Shown here in pieces: positions 10,705-23,115 of a stretch of DNA of 57,123 bases (position 1 is its first letter; each line of letters begins with the position of its first letter). The notes beneath the pieces are model-generated. The model was not told where the DNA came from, searched no databases, and worked only from the letters and a program-made list of their open reading frames with translations. Origin of the DNA: Octopus bimaculoides (lineage: Eukaryota); assembly GCF_001194135.2 (NCBI RefSeq), contig NC_068982.1:118403010-118460132 (forward strand), given 5' to 3'. A program made the translations under genes and the position numbers.

Positions 10705-11299
10705 NNNNNNNNNNNNNNNNNNNNNNNNNNNNNNNNNNNNNNNNNNNNNNNNNNNNNNNNNNNNNNNNNNNNNNNNNNNNNNNNNNNNNNNNNNNNNNNN
10801 NNNNNNNNNNNNNNNNNNNNNNNNNNNNNNNNNNNNNNNNNNNNNNNNNNNNNNNNNNNNNNNNNNNNNNNNNNNNNNNNNNNNNNNNNNNNNNNNNNNN
10901 NNNNNNNNNNNNNNNNNNNNNNNNNNNNNNNNNNNNNNNNNNNNNNNNNNNNNNNNNNNNNNNNNNNNNNNNNNNNNNNNNNNNNNNNNNNNNNNNNNNN
11001 NNNNNNNNNNNNNNNNNNNNNNNNNNNNNNNNNNNNNNNNNNNNNNNNNNNNNNNNNNNNNNNNNNNNNNNNNNNNNNNNNNNNNNNNNNNNNNNNNNNN
11101 NNNNNNNNNNNNNNNNNNNNNNNNNNNNNNNNNNNNNNNNNNNNNNNNNNNNNNNNNNNNNNNNNNNNNNNNNNNNNNNNNNNNNNNNNNNNNNNNNNNN
11201 NNNNNNNNNNNNNNNNNNNNNNNNNNNNNNNNNNNNNNNNNNNNNNNNNNNNNNNNNNNNNNNNNNNNNNNNNNTATATGTATGTATGTATATATATGT

Positions 11300-11460
11300 G
11301 TCTACATCGACCCCAGTGCGTAGATGGTACTTAATTTATCGACCCCGAAAGGATGAAAGCAAAGTCGACCTCGGCGGAATTTTAGCTCACAAAGTAACGG
11401 CAGACGAAATACTTCTAGCATTTCGCCCGGCGGAGTAACGTTTCTGCCAGCTCGCCGCAG
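11300..11460 (-). mobile_element. SINE family C
   Basis: acatcgaccccagtgcgtag-atggtacttaatttatcgaccccgaaaggatgaaagcaaagtcgacctcggcggaattt...gccagctcgccgc. Confidence 0.9.
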
Positions 11461-11575
11461 GCTTCTTTAAGTTTCTGTCTACCAAATCCACTTACAATGG
11501 TTTTTGTCGGCCCGAGGCTGTTGTAGAACACAGTTGACCAAGGTGCCACCACATAGCCATTCCTGCGCCTGTGTA
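11455..11575 (-). mobile_element. SINE family B 5' fragment
   Basis: gcttctttaagtttctgtctaccaaatccac...gtcggcccgaggctgttgtagaacac...aaggtgccac. Confidence 0.8.
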
Positions 11576-11802
11576 TATTAGTGTCGATGCTGAAAAGTTC
11601 CTATTTTAAGATTGTCCTGAAAATCCTATTTCGAGACCCAAAAATTTGAGTTCTTTTATAAGGCTTAGAAAAAAAATCAAGTACAGCTACAATGTATGAA
11701 TTTGACAGGGGCCATGCTGAATAAAATCATAATTATATAATTTTCTCGTATTTTAGTTTAACCAGAGTCAGATTATATATACTTGAATATGTATATATAT
11801 TT

Positions 11803-12135
11803 ATAGGCACAGGACTGGCTGTGTGGTAAGTAGCTTGCTTACAAACCACATGGTTCCGGGTTCATTCCCACTGCGTGGACCCTTGGGCAAGTGTCTTCTA
11901 GTATAGCCTCGGGCCGACCAAAGCCTTGAGAGTGGATTTGGTAGACGAANNNNNNNNNNCCTTGAGAGTGGATTTGGTAGACGAAAACTGAAAGAAAACC
12001 GTCGTATATATGTATATATATATATATGTATGTATGTGTGATAAGTCCTGGGGTCGATTTGCTCGACTAAAGGCGGTGCTCCAGCATGGCCGCAGTCAAA
12101 TGACTGAAACAAGTAAAGCAGTAAAGAGAAAAAAG
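11803..12135 (+). mobile_element. SINE family B
   Basis: aggcacaggactggctgtgtggtaagtagcttgct...gttccgggttcattcccactgcgtgg-ccttgggcaagtgtcttc..., internal (TA)n, tail ctggggtcgatttgctcgactaaaggcggtgctccagcatggccgcagtcaaatgactgaaac. Confidence 0.9.
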
Positions 12136-12653
12136 AGTATATATACACACACACATTATATGTATGTATATGTACTTATGCATGCGTGTATTTATTTATG
12201 AATATATGTGTGTGTCTGTGTATATGTATGTACTGCTGCGAACAGTTCTCTATAATTGTGTTTGTTTTTTACGACTGATGATCGGCAATGGTTTGTTAAC
12301 ATCCTCACAAAAGCGAAAGGATATGCATAAAGAAACAAATATGAGCAACGATTTCAAAGAAACATACTGGCGTCGATGTCATAGAGGCATAGAGACAACC
12401 ATGTATGAAAGTGTCCAAGTCTATGGCGGCAGCCCAAGAACTGAAATAAACAATAGCCATATATATATATATATNNNNNNNNNNNNNNNNNNNNNNNNNN
12501 NNNNNNNNNNNNNNNNNNNNNNNNNNNNNNNNNNNNNNNNNNNNNNNNNNNNNNNNNNNNNNNNNNNNNNNNNNNNNNNNNNNNNNNNNNNNNNNNNNNN
12601 NNNNNNNNNNNNNNNNNNNNNNNNNNNNNNNNNNNNNNNNNNNNNNNNNNNNN

Positions 12654-12708
<55 letters not shown>

Positions 12709-12816
12709 GAGGGTGTGAAAGTGTTAATGTGAGTGGTTGAGCGGAGCAGTTATGTGTGTCGATGTGATGGGGTTCCGCTCATATTCCGTACTGAAAAAAT
12801 ATTTCGTCGGGATTAG

Positions 12817-12910
12817 TCTATTGCAGAAGACACTTGGCCCAGGTGCCGTGCAATAGGGCTGAACCTGAAGCCACGTGATTGCAAAGCGATCGTCTTACCC
12901 ACATATCTAT
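12817..12910 (-). mobile_element. Degenerate SINE family B 5' fragment
   Basis: gaagacacttggcccaggtgccgtgcaatagggctgaacctgaagccacgtgattgc. Confidence 0.7.
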
Positions 12911-12984
12911 AGCTCAATTACTTTACTTATTCCACGCAAGTGCGCGAGCACACACATACACACACACAGAGACACACACACACA

Positions 12985-13027
<43 letters not shown>

Positions 13028-13044
13028 TGTTTCTTAGTCTCTCT

Positions 13045-13205
13045 AACACTGCCGTAAATAAAAAGCTTGCTTTCCTACCACATGGTCCGGAGTTCAGTTC
13101 CACTGCGTGGCACCTTGGATAACTGTTTTCTTCTTTAGCCTCGGGGCGACCAAAATTTTGTGAATCGATTTGGTTGACGGAAGCTGAAAGAAGCCCGTCG
13201 TATAT
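13045..13205 (+). mobile_element. SINE family B (runs into a gap; tail fragment at about 13845-13900 is on the minus strand)
   Basis: cttgctttcctaccacatggtccggagttcagttccactgcgtggcaccttgg...gacggaagctgaaagaagcccgtcg. Confidence 0.85.
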
Positions 13206-13689
13206 ATNNNNNNNNNNNNNNNNNNNNNNNNNNNNNNNNNNNNNNNNNNNNNNNNNNNNNNNNNNNNNNNNNNNNNNNNNNNNNNNNNNNNNNNNNNNNN
13301 NNNNNNNNNNNNNNNNNNNNNNNNNNNNNNNNNNNNNNNNNNNNNNNNNNNNNNNNNNNNNNNNNNNNNNNNNNNNNNNNNNNNNNNNNNNNNNNNNNNN
13401 NNNNNNNNNNNNNNNNNNNNNNNNNNNNNNNNNNNNNNNNNNNNNNNNNNNNNNNNNNNNNNNNNNNNNNNNNNNNNNNNNNNNNNNNNNNNNNNNNNNN
13501 NNNNNNNNNNNNNNNNNNNNNNNNNNNNNNNNNNNNNNNNNNNNNNNNNNNNNNNNNNNNNNNNNNNNNNNNNNNNNNNNNNNNNNNNNNNNNNNNNNNN
13601 NNNNNNNNNNNNNNNNNNNNNNNNNNNNNNNNNNNNNNNNNNNNNNNNNNNNNNNNNNNNNNNNNNNNNNNNNNNNNNNNNNNNNNNNN

Positions 13690-13721
<32 letters not shown>

Positions 13722-14220
13722 ATTTATATATATATATATACGTACGTACATACATACATACATACATACGTACATACAAATACATATGCGTGTATGTATG
13801 TATGTATTTATGTGTGTGTATGTATGTATGTGTGCTTATATGTATTCTTTTAGTCTTTTATTCATTCACTTGTCTCAGCCATTTGACTGCGGTCATGCTG
13901 GAGATATTCAAGCTTGCGAACGTGGATTGTGAGAAAGAAAGTGAATGAGTTGAAAGACAGAAGGTGAAAACTGAATAAATGCCGATCAAAATTATATTCG
14001 TAAATGTTTGGTCTATATCTGTATGTAAGTCTATGTTTCTTCTTTCTGTGAATGCTTGTGTGTGGTGTTCGTCTACATAACTAAATTTATCGACATGCTC
14101 ATACAGTCCCGGGATGTTAATGAATAGATCATGTGCGCAATTATCATTGCAACAACACACGCACATTCAGTCACCACACCTAACAGAAACACAATTATGC
14201 ACACACACACGCTCACGCAC

Positions 14221-14251
<31 letters not shown>

Positions 14252-15170
14252 TACACACACACATACACATACACATACACATAGGCGCATACATACATAC
14301 ATACATAAGCACTCAGATATATACGTACATACATGTACACATCCAAGTATAGACGAGAAGCTACATTGTCTTATACAGTCACGCACAGAAATAGATGCAT
14401 AAATGCATTTTTATATAACGACATACAGGCAGCTGTAGGAGGCACAGAACTCAGTCAAGAAATACCTCGAAACAAGTTCGATATTTTTTGTTCGTTTGTT
14501 CTCTTTCCATTCTATTTCTTTCTATTTACTTCCTGTCGCCGTCTTTCTGTTGTTTTCAGCTAGGTGACAGATGAATTAATCATATAAATAAACTGGCATA
14601 TCGGTAACCATAGCGACACAGAATAAACATGTACACATAATAGACAGACAGGCAGACAGAGCGGTAGATATATATACAGATATAGAGAGGAGAAAGGAAG
14701 TTATATATATACATATATATANNNNNNNNNNNNNNNNNNNNNNNNNNNNNNNNNNNNNNNNNNNNNNNNNNNNNNNNNNNNNNNNNNNNNNNNNNNNNNN
14801 NNNNNNNNNNNNNNNNNNNNNNNNNNNNNNNNNNNNNNNNNNNNNNNNNNNNNNNNNNNNNNNNNNNNNNNNNNNNNNNNNNNNNNNNNNNNNNNNNNNN
14901 NNNNNNNNNNNNNNNNNNNNNNNNNNNNNNNNNNNNNNNNNNNNNNNNNNNNNNNNNNNNNNNNNNNNNNNNNNNNNNNNNNNNNNNNNNNNNNNNNNNN
15001 NNNNNNNNNNNNNNNNNNNNNNNNNNNNNNNNNNNNNNNNNNNNNNNNNNNNNNNNNNNNNNNNNNNNNNNNNNNNNNNNNNNNNNNNNNNNNNNNNNNN
15101 NNNNNNNNNNNNNNNNNNNNNNNNNTATATAAATATATATACACAACCACACACACACATAAGTATGTAT

Positions 15171-15222
<52 letters not shown>

Positions 15223-15350
15223 GCACTGTGTGTGTGTGTGCACTCGCGTGTTTTCGCGTATGTTTGTTTGTTTGCTCGAGTGTATATGTGCGTGTACACG
15301 TGTGTTAGTGTGCGCGCACAAATATGTGTGTTTGTGTGTGATGTGTGTTT

Positions 15351-15381
<31 letters not shown>

Positions 15382-15989
15382 TAAGAGAGTGAGTGAGTGA
15401 GTGAGTTAGTGAGTGAGTGAGCGAGTGAGTGAGTGAGTGAGGGTAAATGAGACGAGACGAGAGAAAGGTGCAACATAGGATAAACACTGATCGAATTGCA
15501 TAAATAAATCATGAAAGAAGGAAGAGAAAGAAGAGAAAAGATAGACAGATGAACGGATACAAACCTCTTCGTAATCATTATCTCGTGTGGACAAGTATCA
15601 ATATTAAAAAAAATTAAATTAAATTAATGCCCACGCATATATGTCCACACTCACACACGTACAAATACACGCATTTAAATTGTATTTATATATGGGGGCA
15701 TGTGTGTGCTTATGTGTAGATATATACGCCTGCACAGGTATATAACTTACAAATAAAATTATGCAGATTATGTTTTTGAAGGTAAACACGTACCGATAAT
15801 CTATAAACAAAATAATATAACTTCACATAAGCATATATATATATAATACGACGTGGTCATATTTTATCAACAAACAGTTGCATATATTTTTCGTGCCAAA
15901 ATGTAGTATTAATATAACATATTCACGTAATGAAAGTTTAAAGAAACATGCGAATGCTTATTATTATACATGCTAAACACATACATACA

Positions 15990-16023
<34 letters not shown>

Positions 16024-16213
16024 CATAAATACATTTATATACGCATATATTTATCCGAATATGTATGTTTGTATGTATGTATATGTATGTATGCGTGTGT
16101 GTATATATACATATGTACCTGTATGCATACATACACAGAGACACCCACCTACACATACATATACACACACAGACACACGCGTGTGTATATATATACATAC
16201 ATACATATATATA

Positions 16214-16248
<35 letters not shown>

Positions 16249-16328
16249 GGTCAGCCACACTTAAGTGGCAATATACTACACTTTATCGTGCAGTTACTGT
16301 TAATACTTCATTTAGAGAATTAACATTG

Positions 16329-16370
<42 letters not shown>

Positions 16371-16748
16371 CATACGTACATGCATACATATATACATACA
16401 TACATACGTACGTACTACATACATGCATACATATACGACAAATCCGTATAGTACAAGTGTAAACACCGGCAAAGAAAGTCATAAAATACATATATATTAT
16501 CATATGAATATTTGAGATATATATCTACACAATAAAAATGTAAATACAAACCTGGGAAGAAATAAAACTGACGCAGGCTGCCAAATATATTTTGTATATA
16601 CGTTTGTACATAATGAAATATACATACGCGAAAACGTATAGTAAGCACTCTCTCTCACACACACACACACTTGTATGCAGATCACATATGCATGTATGTA
16701 TATATGTATGCATGTACATATGTACGCATGAATATATGTTTATATATA

Positions 16749-16779
<31 letters not shown>

Positions 16780-17442
16780 TTGTGTGTGTATGTGTGTGTT
16801 TGTGTGTGTGTGTGCACGCATGTTTATATATGTAAGTATTTATGTTTGTATGTATGTATGTATCAATGTATGCGTGAATGTGAGAATATACGTGAGCGGG
16901 CGGATCTATGCGTACGTGTGTGTGCATCAAATATATTTCCATTATAACAGGTCTAAAACACACCTGTAATAAACGTGTGATCTGTCTTTCTATCTCTTGA
17001 AATACAAAATATTCAAGGAATATTCAAGGGGAAAAATCGAAAGATGTCAACAAAGCTGGCATCTAAACATAGTAGCAACTATTAAAGAAGAAGAATCTCA
17101 AATAGAACGGCCAAAATAACAGCTACAACATCATCTCAGAAATAAATCCGTTAAATTAAAGTGATAATTCCCTAATGTAATATAAGTTTTCTTAACGATT
17201 CCACGTCTGGAACTGTTAAAATCCCATCAGTATAAGGAATTATAGTTCTTATTGATTGTTGTTTTCTTCACGCGCATCTTTTAGCATTGCTGTTATTTTT
17301 CACCGCTCTCGTCTCCACTAACGTTGGGTTATCCACTTCAGGTGATATTCTACGATCATTCGCTAAACACTAAACAGACCGGACTTAAACACCGCAGTCT
17401 TTTAACCTCTGCTGTGACGTGAATATTATCTTATATATATAC

Positions 17443-17506
<64 letters not shown>

Positions 17507-18884
17507 ATACGCATACATACACTTTGATGCTAGTATATGTAAGGATATACGTACATACATTTATGTTTTATGTGAAAAAAGGAAAGAAAGTAAAAATATA
17601 TAAGGAGAACAACGGTTGTAAGTTTTACCTACTAAACTTTTTTTTTTCTGATAAAAATTCATCCACATATAGAAATGTGTACAATTATGTGAATACATAG
17701 CTAAATACGTACACACACATATATTAATATATATATGTATGTAAATGTATATGAACATATAAACACGGAAATCTATATACATCTACAGACAGGCACACAC
17801 AAAAAAACAAAAACAAAAAAAAACAGACATATATGATATATATTATTGCGTGTATACAATCATATCCATATAACAACACAGATGCGCATACATATAAATA
17901 CATGAATACAGTACTTTCATAACGGCTATTTTTGTGTATATACTAACAACTGCATAACTTTAGTATTTACAAAATTACACATGCACATTGAGATATTTAC
18001 ATATACATATAACATACTCGGCATGTGAATGTTTATATAGTGCATGGAGGAAATTTTCACACTGTTGCCTGTAGAGTAGTTTCACATTGTTTCATAGTTC
18101 CTGCTGGCTGTTAACAAAATTGCTAGGGGTACTGCAGTCTGCAAAGTGGTTTCACGATACCACTAGTCTCTCTCCACACATTCATTTGTACACGTCGGTA
18201 GATACAAATCAGAATGATGTATACATATATATATCCAGGACAAATTTAGTGCCATATTCACAGCGTGATGAATAGGTTAACTACATAAATATAAATTCAC
18301 AAAGCTATATAGGCACACAGGCACGCGCGCGCGCGCGCACACACACACACATACACACACACATACACACACACACAAGCTATTTACTCACAAACGCGCT
18401 TACAGATATTCGCCAATTACGTACACACTGAAAAGTGCATATAAACACACACATGTATTAAACCATATGTAGCTGCTGATGCGACAGAGATAGAAAGAAA
18501 AGAGCGAGGGGGAGAAAGAGAGAAAACTAAAGGAAGAGAGAGGGATGTAAAAAGACAACGGCAGAGAAGAAGAAAAAAAAAAGAAGGAAAGAAGCAAACT
18601 TCTGTAAATTTGACTGTTAAGAATGAATGTTACAGTTTTGGTGTAGGAATCTTAGCCGCTATGCCAATAAGCGGAATGTCCCTGGGATATAGGCAGAAGT
18701 TCATGCATGTATATATTTATATCTATATATGATTACACACACAGCCACAGTCAGGCGGGCACGTGCGCATACACATACGCGCTTACACAATCATATAGAG
18801 TCCTGTTGTGTACTCACACTTCGCAAACCGTTTCTAATTCCCGGCGGAAAAACTCAAATATGTATGGAAATTTCTTATTTCAAG

Positions 18885-18920
18885 CTATGTGCTTGCTAAG
18901 CGTTGTGGATTTACTATCGG
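18885..18920 (+). CDS. Candidate 36-nt microexon of an unidentified gene
   Basis: ttcttatttcaag|ctatgtgcttgctaagcgttgtggatttactatcgg|gtaagt; frame-preserving; two open frames (YVLAKRCGFTIG or MCLLSVVDLLS). Confidence 0.25.
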
Positions 18921-18994
18921 GTAAGTATCCTGCACCCTTCATATGAACATCCCAATTTTCTTCATAATTCAAAAAAATTTTTTATTTCCGATGA

Positions 18995-19028
<34 letters not shown>

Positions 19029-20848
19029 NNNNNNNNNNNNNNNNNNNNNNNNNNNNNNNNNNNNNNNNNNNNNNNNNNNNNNNNNNNNNNNNNNNNNNNN
19101 NNNNNNNNNNNNNNNNNNNNNNNNNNNNNNNNNNNNNNNNNNNNNNNNNNNNNNNNNNNNNNNNNNNNNNNNNNNNNNNNNNNNNNNNNNNNNNNNNNNN
19201 NNNNNNNNNNNNNNNNNNNNNNNNNNNNNNNNNNNNNNNNNNNNNNNNNNNNNNNNNNNNNNNNNNNNNNNNNNNNNNNNNNNNNNNNNNNNNNNNNNNN
19301 NNNNNNNNNNNNNNNNNNNNNNNNNNNNNNNNNNNNNNNNNNNNNNNNNNNNNNNNNNNNNNNNNNNNNNNNNNNNNNNNNNNNNNNNNNNNNNNNNNNN
19401 NNNNNNNNNNNNNNNNNNNNNNNNNNNNNNNNNNNNNNNNNNNNNNNNNNNNNNNNNNNNNNNNNNNNNNNNNNNNNNNNNNNNNNNNNNNNNNNNNNNN
19501 NNNNNNNNNNNNNNNNNNNNNNNNNNNNNNNNNNNNNNNNNNNNNNNNNNNNNNNNNNNNNNNNNNNNNNNNNNNNNNNNNNNNNNNNNNNNNNNNNNNN
19601 NNNNNNNNNNNNNNNNNNNNNNNNNNNNNNNNNNNNNNNNNNNNNNNNNNNNNNNNNNNNNNNNNNNNNNNNNNNNNNNNNNNNNNNNNNNNNNNNNNNN
19701 NNNNNNNNNNNNNNNNNNNNNNNNNNNNNNNNNNNNNNNNNNTTTTTTTTTTTTTTTTTGATATTCCAATAGATTTATATATTTGGTATCCCCTTTTGAG
19801 GGTAGATAAAGAAAAATTTCTGAGTATACATAGCAGTAAAAAAAAAAAAGAGTTGATATATTGTCTAGAATGAAAAGAAAGTAAAATTAATACGACATAC
19901 TTGTAGAACTATCCAACTGGTTAATTAACCTCACAACAATTGCAGGACAGAAATTATATATATATATATATATATACATACATACATACATACACACACA
20001 TACATATATATATATATGCTTATATTCATACATTAATCCAAAATATAACCACTGGCCTGGCGTATATTTTACTTATGATTTCACAAGTCCGTACTATAAT
20101 CTGGCCCAATCGTCGTGATTTCCATCTTCAATATACAATTAATGATTATCAGCATTAACATTATACATATACATACATACCTACCTACCTACCTACCTAT
20201 CTACCTACCTACCTGTCTACCTACCTACCTGCCTACCTTCCTAGCTGTCTACATACATACGTACGTACATACAAAATTGTTGGTTTTGTATCTACATGCA
20301 TAAAGAAATACGTACATCTCTCTCTCTCTCTCTCTNNNNNNNNNNNNNNNNNNNNNNNNNNNNNNNNNNNNNNNNNNNNNNNNNNNNNNNNNNNNNNNNN
20401 NNNNNNNNNNNNNNNNNNNNNNNNNNNNNNNNNNNNNNNNNNNNNNNNNNNNNNNNNNNNNNNNNNNNTATATATATATTTATATATTTATATACACATA
20501 AACACACATACACGTGTGTGTGTGTATTTGTATATCTCTCTATGTGTATATCGTGTATGTTGTGTGTACCATGAACATGATCATGATCATCGTAACTGAC
20601 AAAAAAAAATGTTTATTGATACTTTTAGACTATGATATCCCTTTAATTTTGTAAATATTCTTTTGAAGTACTTCTGGGCTGGCTTTGTACGTATGTTCAA
20701 ATTCTGAAACTGGCATTCAGTGTTCCGCAGGCGCTAAATCATACTACTACATTATCAACGACACCCTGGGGCCGAAAGAATCGACTTCAGTCACACCCAT
20801 AAATTCGTGTTCTTGAGGTCTTATTGTTATATTAGGCACCATTGACAT

Positions 20849-23115
20849 CGGTGAGGTAGCAGAATCGTATGTTTAACTTCATTTGTAATCGTTTGACATT
20901 CGATGTTCAAATCCCGCCGAGGCCAACTTTACCTTTCATCCTACTGTAGTCAATAAATAAAAGTACCAGTCAAATTTTGGGACGGAGCATCGACTCAGCC
21001 CATCCACTCAACTTTTGTCAAATTCTTTACGAGACGGAAATTTGGTAGAATCTTTGGATCGACCGACATCATAATTTGCTTTATTTCTCCCGGCTTTTTA
21101 CGTTCTGAGTTCAAATCCAACAAAGCTCGAATTTACCTTTCACTACTTCAGGCTCGATTGTCAAGCACTGGGATTGATGTAATTTACTTCAAACACTACC
21201 CCCAAAATACTGTCCTCGTCCCAGAATTTGAGACCGTTGTTGTTGTTGTTATAATTATAATTATAATAATAATAATTATTATTATTGTTGAAGGCGGAGA
21301 GCTAGCAGAATCGTTAGCATGTCGGGCGAAATGCTTATCGGCGTTTCGTCTGTCTTTACTTTCTGAGTTCAAATTCCGTCAAGGTCGACTTTGCCTTTCA
21401 TTCTTTCGAAGTCGATATATTAAGTACCAGTAAAACACTGAGGTCGATGTAATCGATAAATCCCCCTCCCCAAATTTCAGGCATTGTGCCTTTAATATAA
21501 CAGATAATAAGAGTTCTTGTTCTTATTATTATTATCATCATCATCATTTAAGGTGGCGCGCTGGCATAATCGTAACCAGTAAAAAAGCTTAGCAGCATTT
21601 CGTTCTTCTTCACGTTCTGAGTAAAAATTTCGACGAGGTCTACTTTGATTCCCATCGTTTCGGGTTCTATAAAATGAGTACCAGTCAAACACAGGTGTTA
21701 ATGTAATTGAATCCCCTGTTCCCGTAAAATTTCAATCCTTGAGTCTATAGCAAAAATTATTATTATTATTATTATTAGTATCATTATTATTAAGGCCGAG
21801 AAAGGCGGTAATGTAGTAGAATCGCAAGCCGGATAATATGATTAGTGGTATTTCTCCTGTCGCTGCGCTCTGAGTTCAAATTCTACTGAGGTCGACTTTG
21901 CCTTTCATCCTTTCGGGGTCGATAAATTAAGTACCAGTGAAACACTGAGGTTGATATAATTGACTTACCCCTTCCCCAAAATTTCACGTCTTGTGCCTTC
22001 AGTACAAAGGATTATTATTATTAATGCCGATAAAGGCAGTTTTGTGGTAGAATTGCAAGCCGGAAAAAAAAAAAAAAAGCTTAGCGGCATTTCGACTGTT
22101 TTTACATTATAAGCTCAAATGCCACCGAGTTTGGCTTCGCCTTTTATGCTCTCAGGGCCGGTGTTAAAAGTGCCAGTGATGCACATGGGTCAATATAATC
22201 AACAAGCTCCTACCCCTACATTTTCGGCCTTGAACCTAGATTTGACAGGATAATTATTAAAGTTGAAAGCTGGGAGAAGTGTTAGCGTGTCTGACGACAT
22301 GCTAAGCGAAATTTCGTATTTATTTGTTCATTTGTTTATTTATTTATATTTATTTACGCTTGGATTCAAAACCCTCGAAGGTCGATTTCACTTTTCATAA
22401 AGTAAAATTCAAGTGCTTGGATTAATATAATGAATTGGCAACTCTACTAAAATTGCTGGTCTTGTATAAAAATTTGAAAAAAAAATTTATTGTTAGAGAC
22501 GGCGAGCTGGCAGAATCGTTATCACATCGAATAAAATGCTTAGCGGCATTTCTCTAGGCTCTTTACATTAGGAGTTCAAATCCTGTTTGGTTTAAACCGT
22601 TTGGGTTCGATATAATATAAACTAGTTGTCGCTGAGATCGATGTTATCATTTACCCCACCCGAACCTAATCACAAAAACAAAATACAAAAAATATTCAGG
22701 ACGTGTGCCTAAAGACATTAGCACGCCGGGCAAAATTCTTTACGTTCAGAGTTCAAATTCTGCCGACGTTAACTCTGACTTTCATTCTTTCAGAGTCGAT
22801 AAAATAAGTACCAATTAGACACTGGGCTCAAAGTAATTAGCGTATCCGCTTCCTTAAAATTGCCAGTCTTGTGCCAAAATTTCAAATTATTATTATTATT
22901 TAGCCGACGAGCGGGCAGAACCGTTAGACGTCGGGCAAAATGAATATCAATATTTCGCTCAACCTAACATTTTGAGTTCAATTTCCACCAAGTTCAACTT
23001 TACCTATCCTTTCCGGATCGATAAAATGAATACCAGTTTATCACTGAGGTCGAATATAATCGACTAACCCTATCACCGAAATTACTGGCCTTGTGTCAAA
23101 ATTTGAAACCGCTAA
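20849..23115 (+). mobile_element. Head-to-tail array of about 10 SINE family C units
   Basis: Unit starts at about 20849, 21031, 21291, 21550, 21792, 22023, 22259, 22497, 22715 (headless) and 22902. Each carries a gttcaaat B-box-like motif and the gtcgactttgcctttcatcctttcggggtcgataaa-aagtaccag core; most are separated by (ATT)n. Confidence 0.9.

Noticed and set aside
11925-11985. Tandem duplication of ccttgagagtggatttggtagacgaa
   Set aside because: The copies flank a 10-N gap, which is typical of an unmerged contig overlap.
14484-14600. Long polypyrimidine tract with ttttcag acceptor
   Set aside because: All three downstream frames stop within a few codons, and the tract resembles a repeat relic.
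20849-23115. CRISPR-like or satellite array
   Set aside because: Units are about 200-bp divergent SINEs in eukaryotic DNA; there are no short identical repeats with unique spacers and no cas genes.
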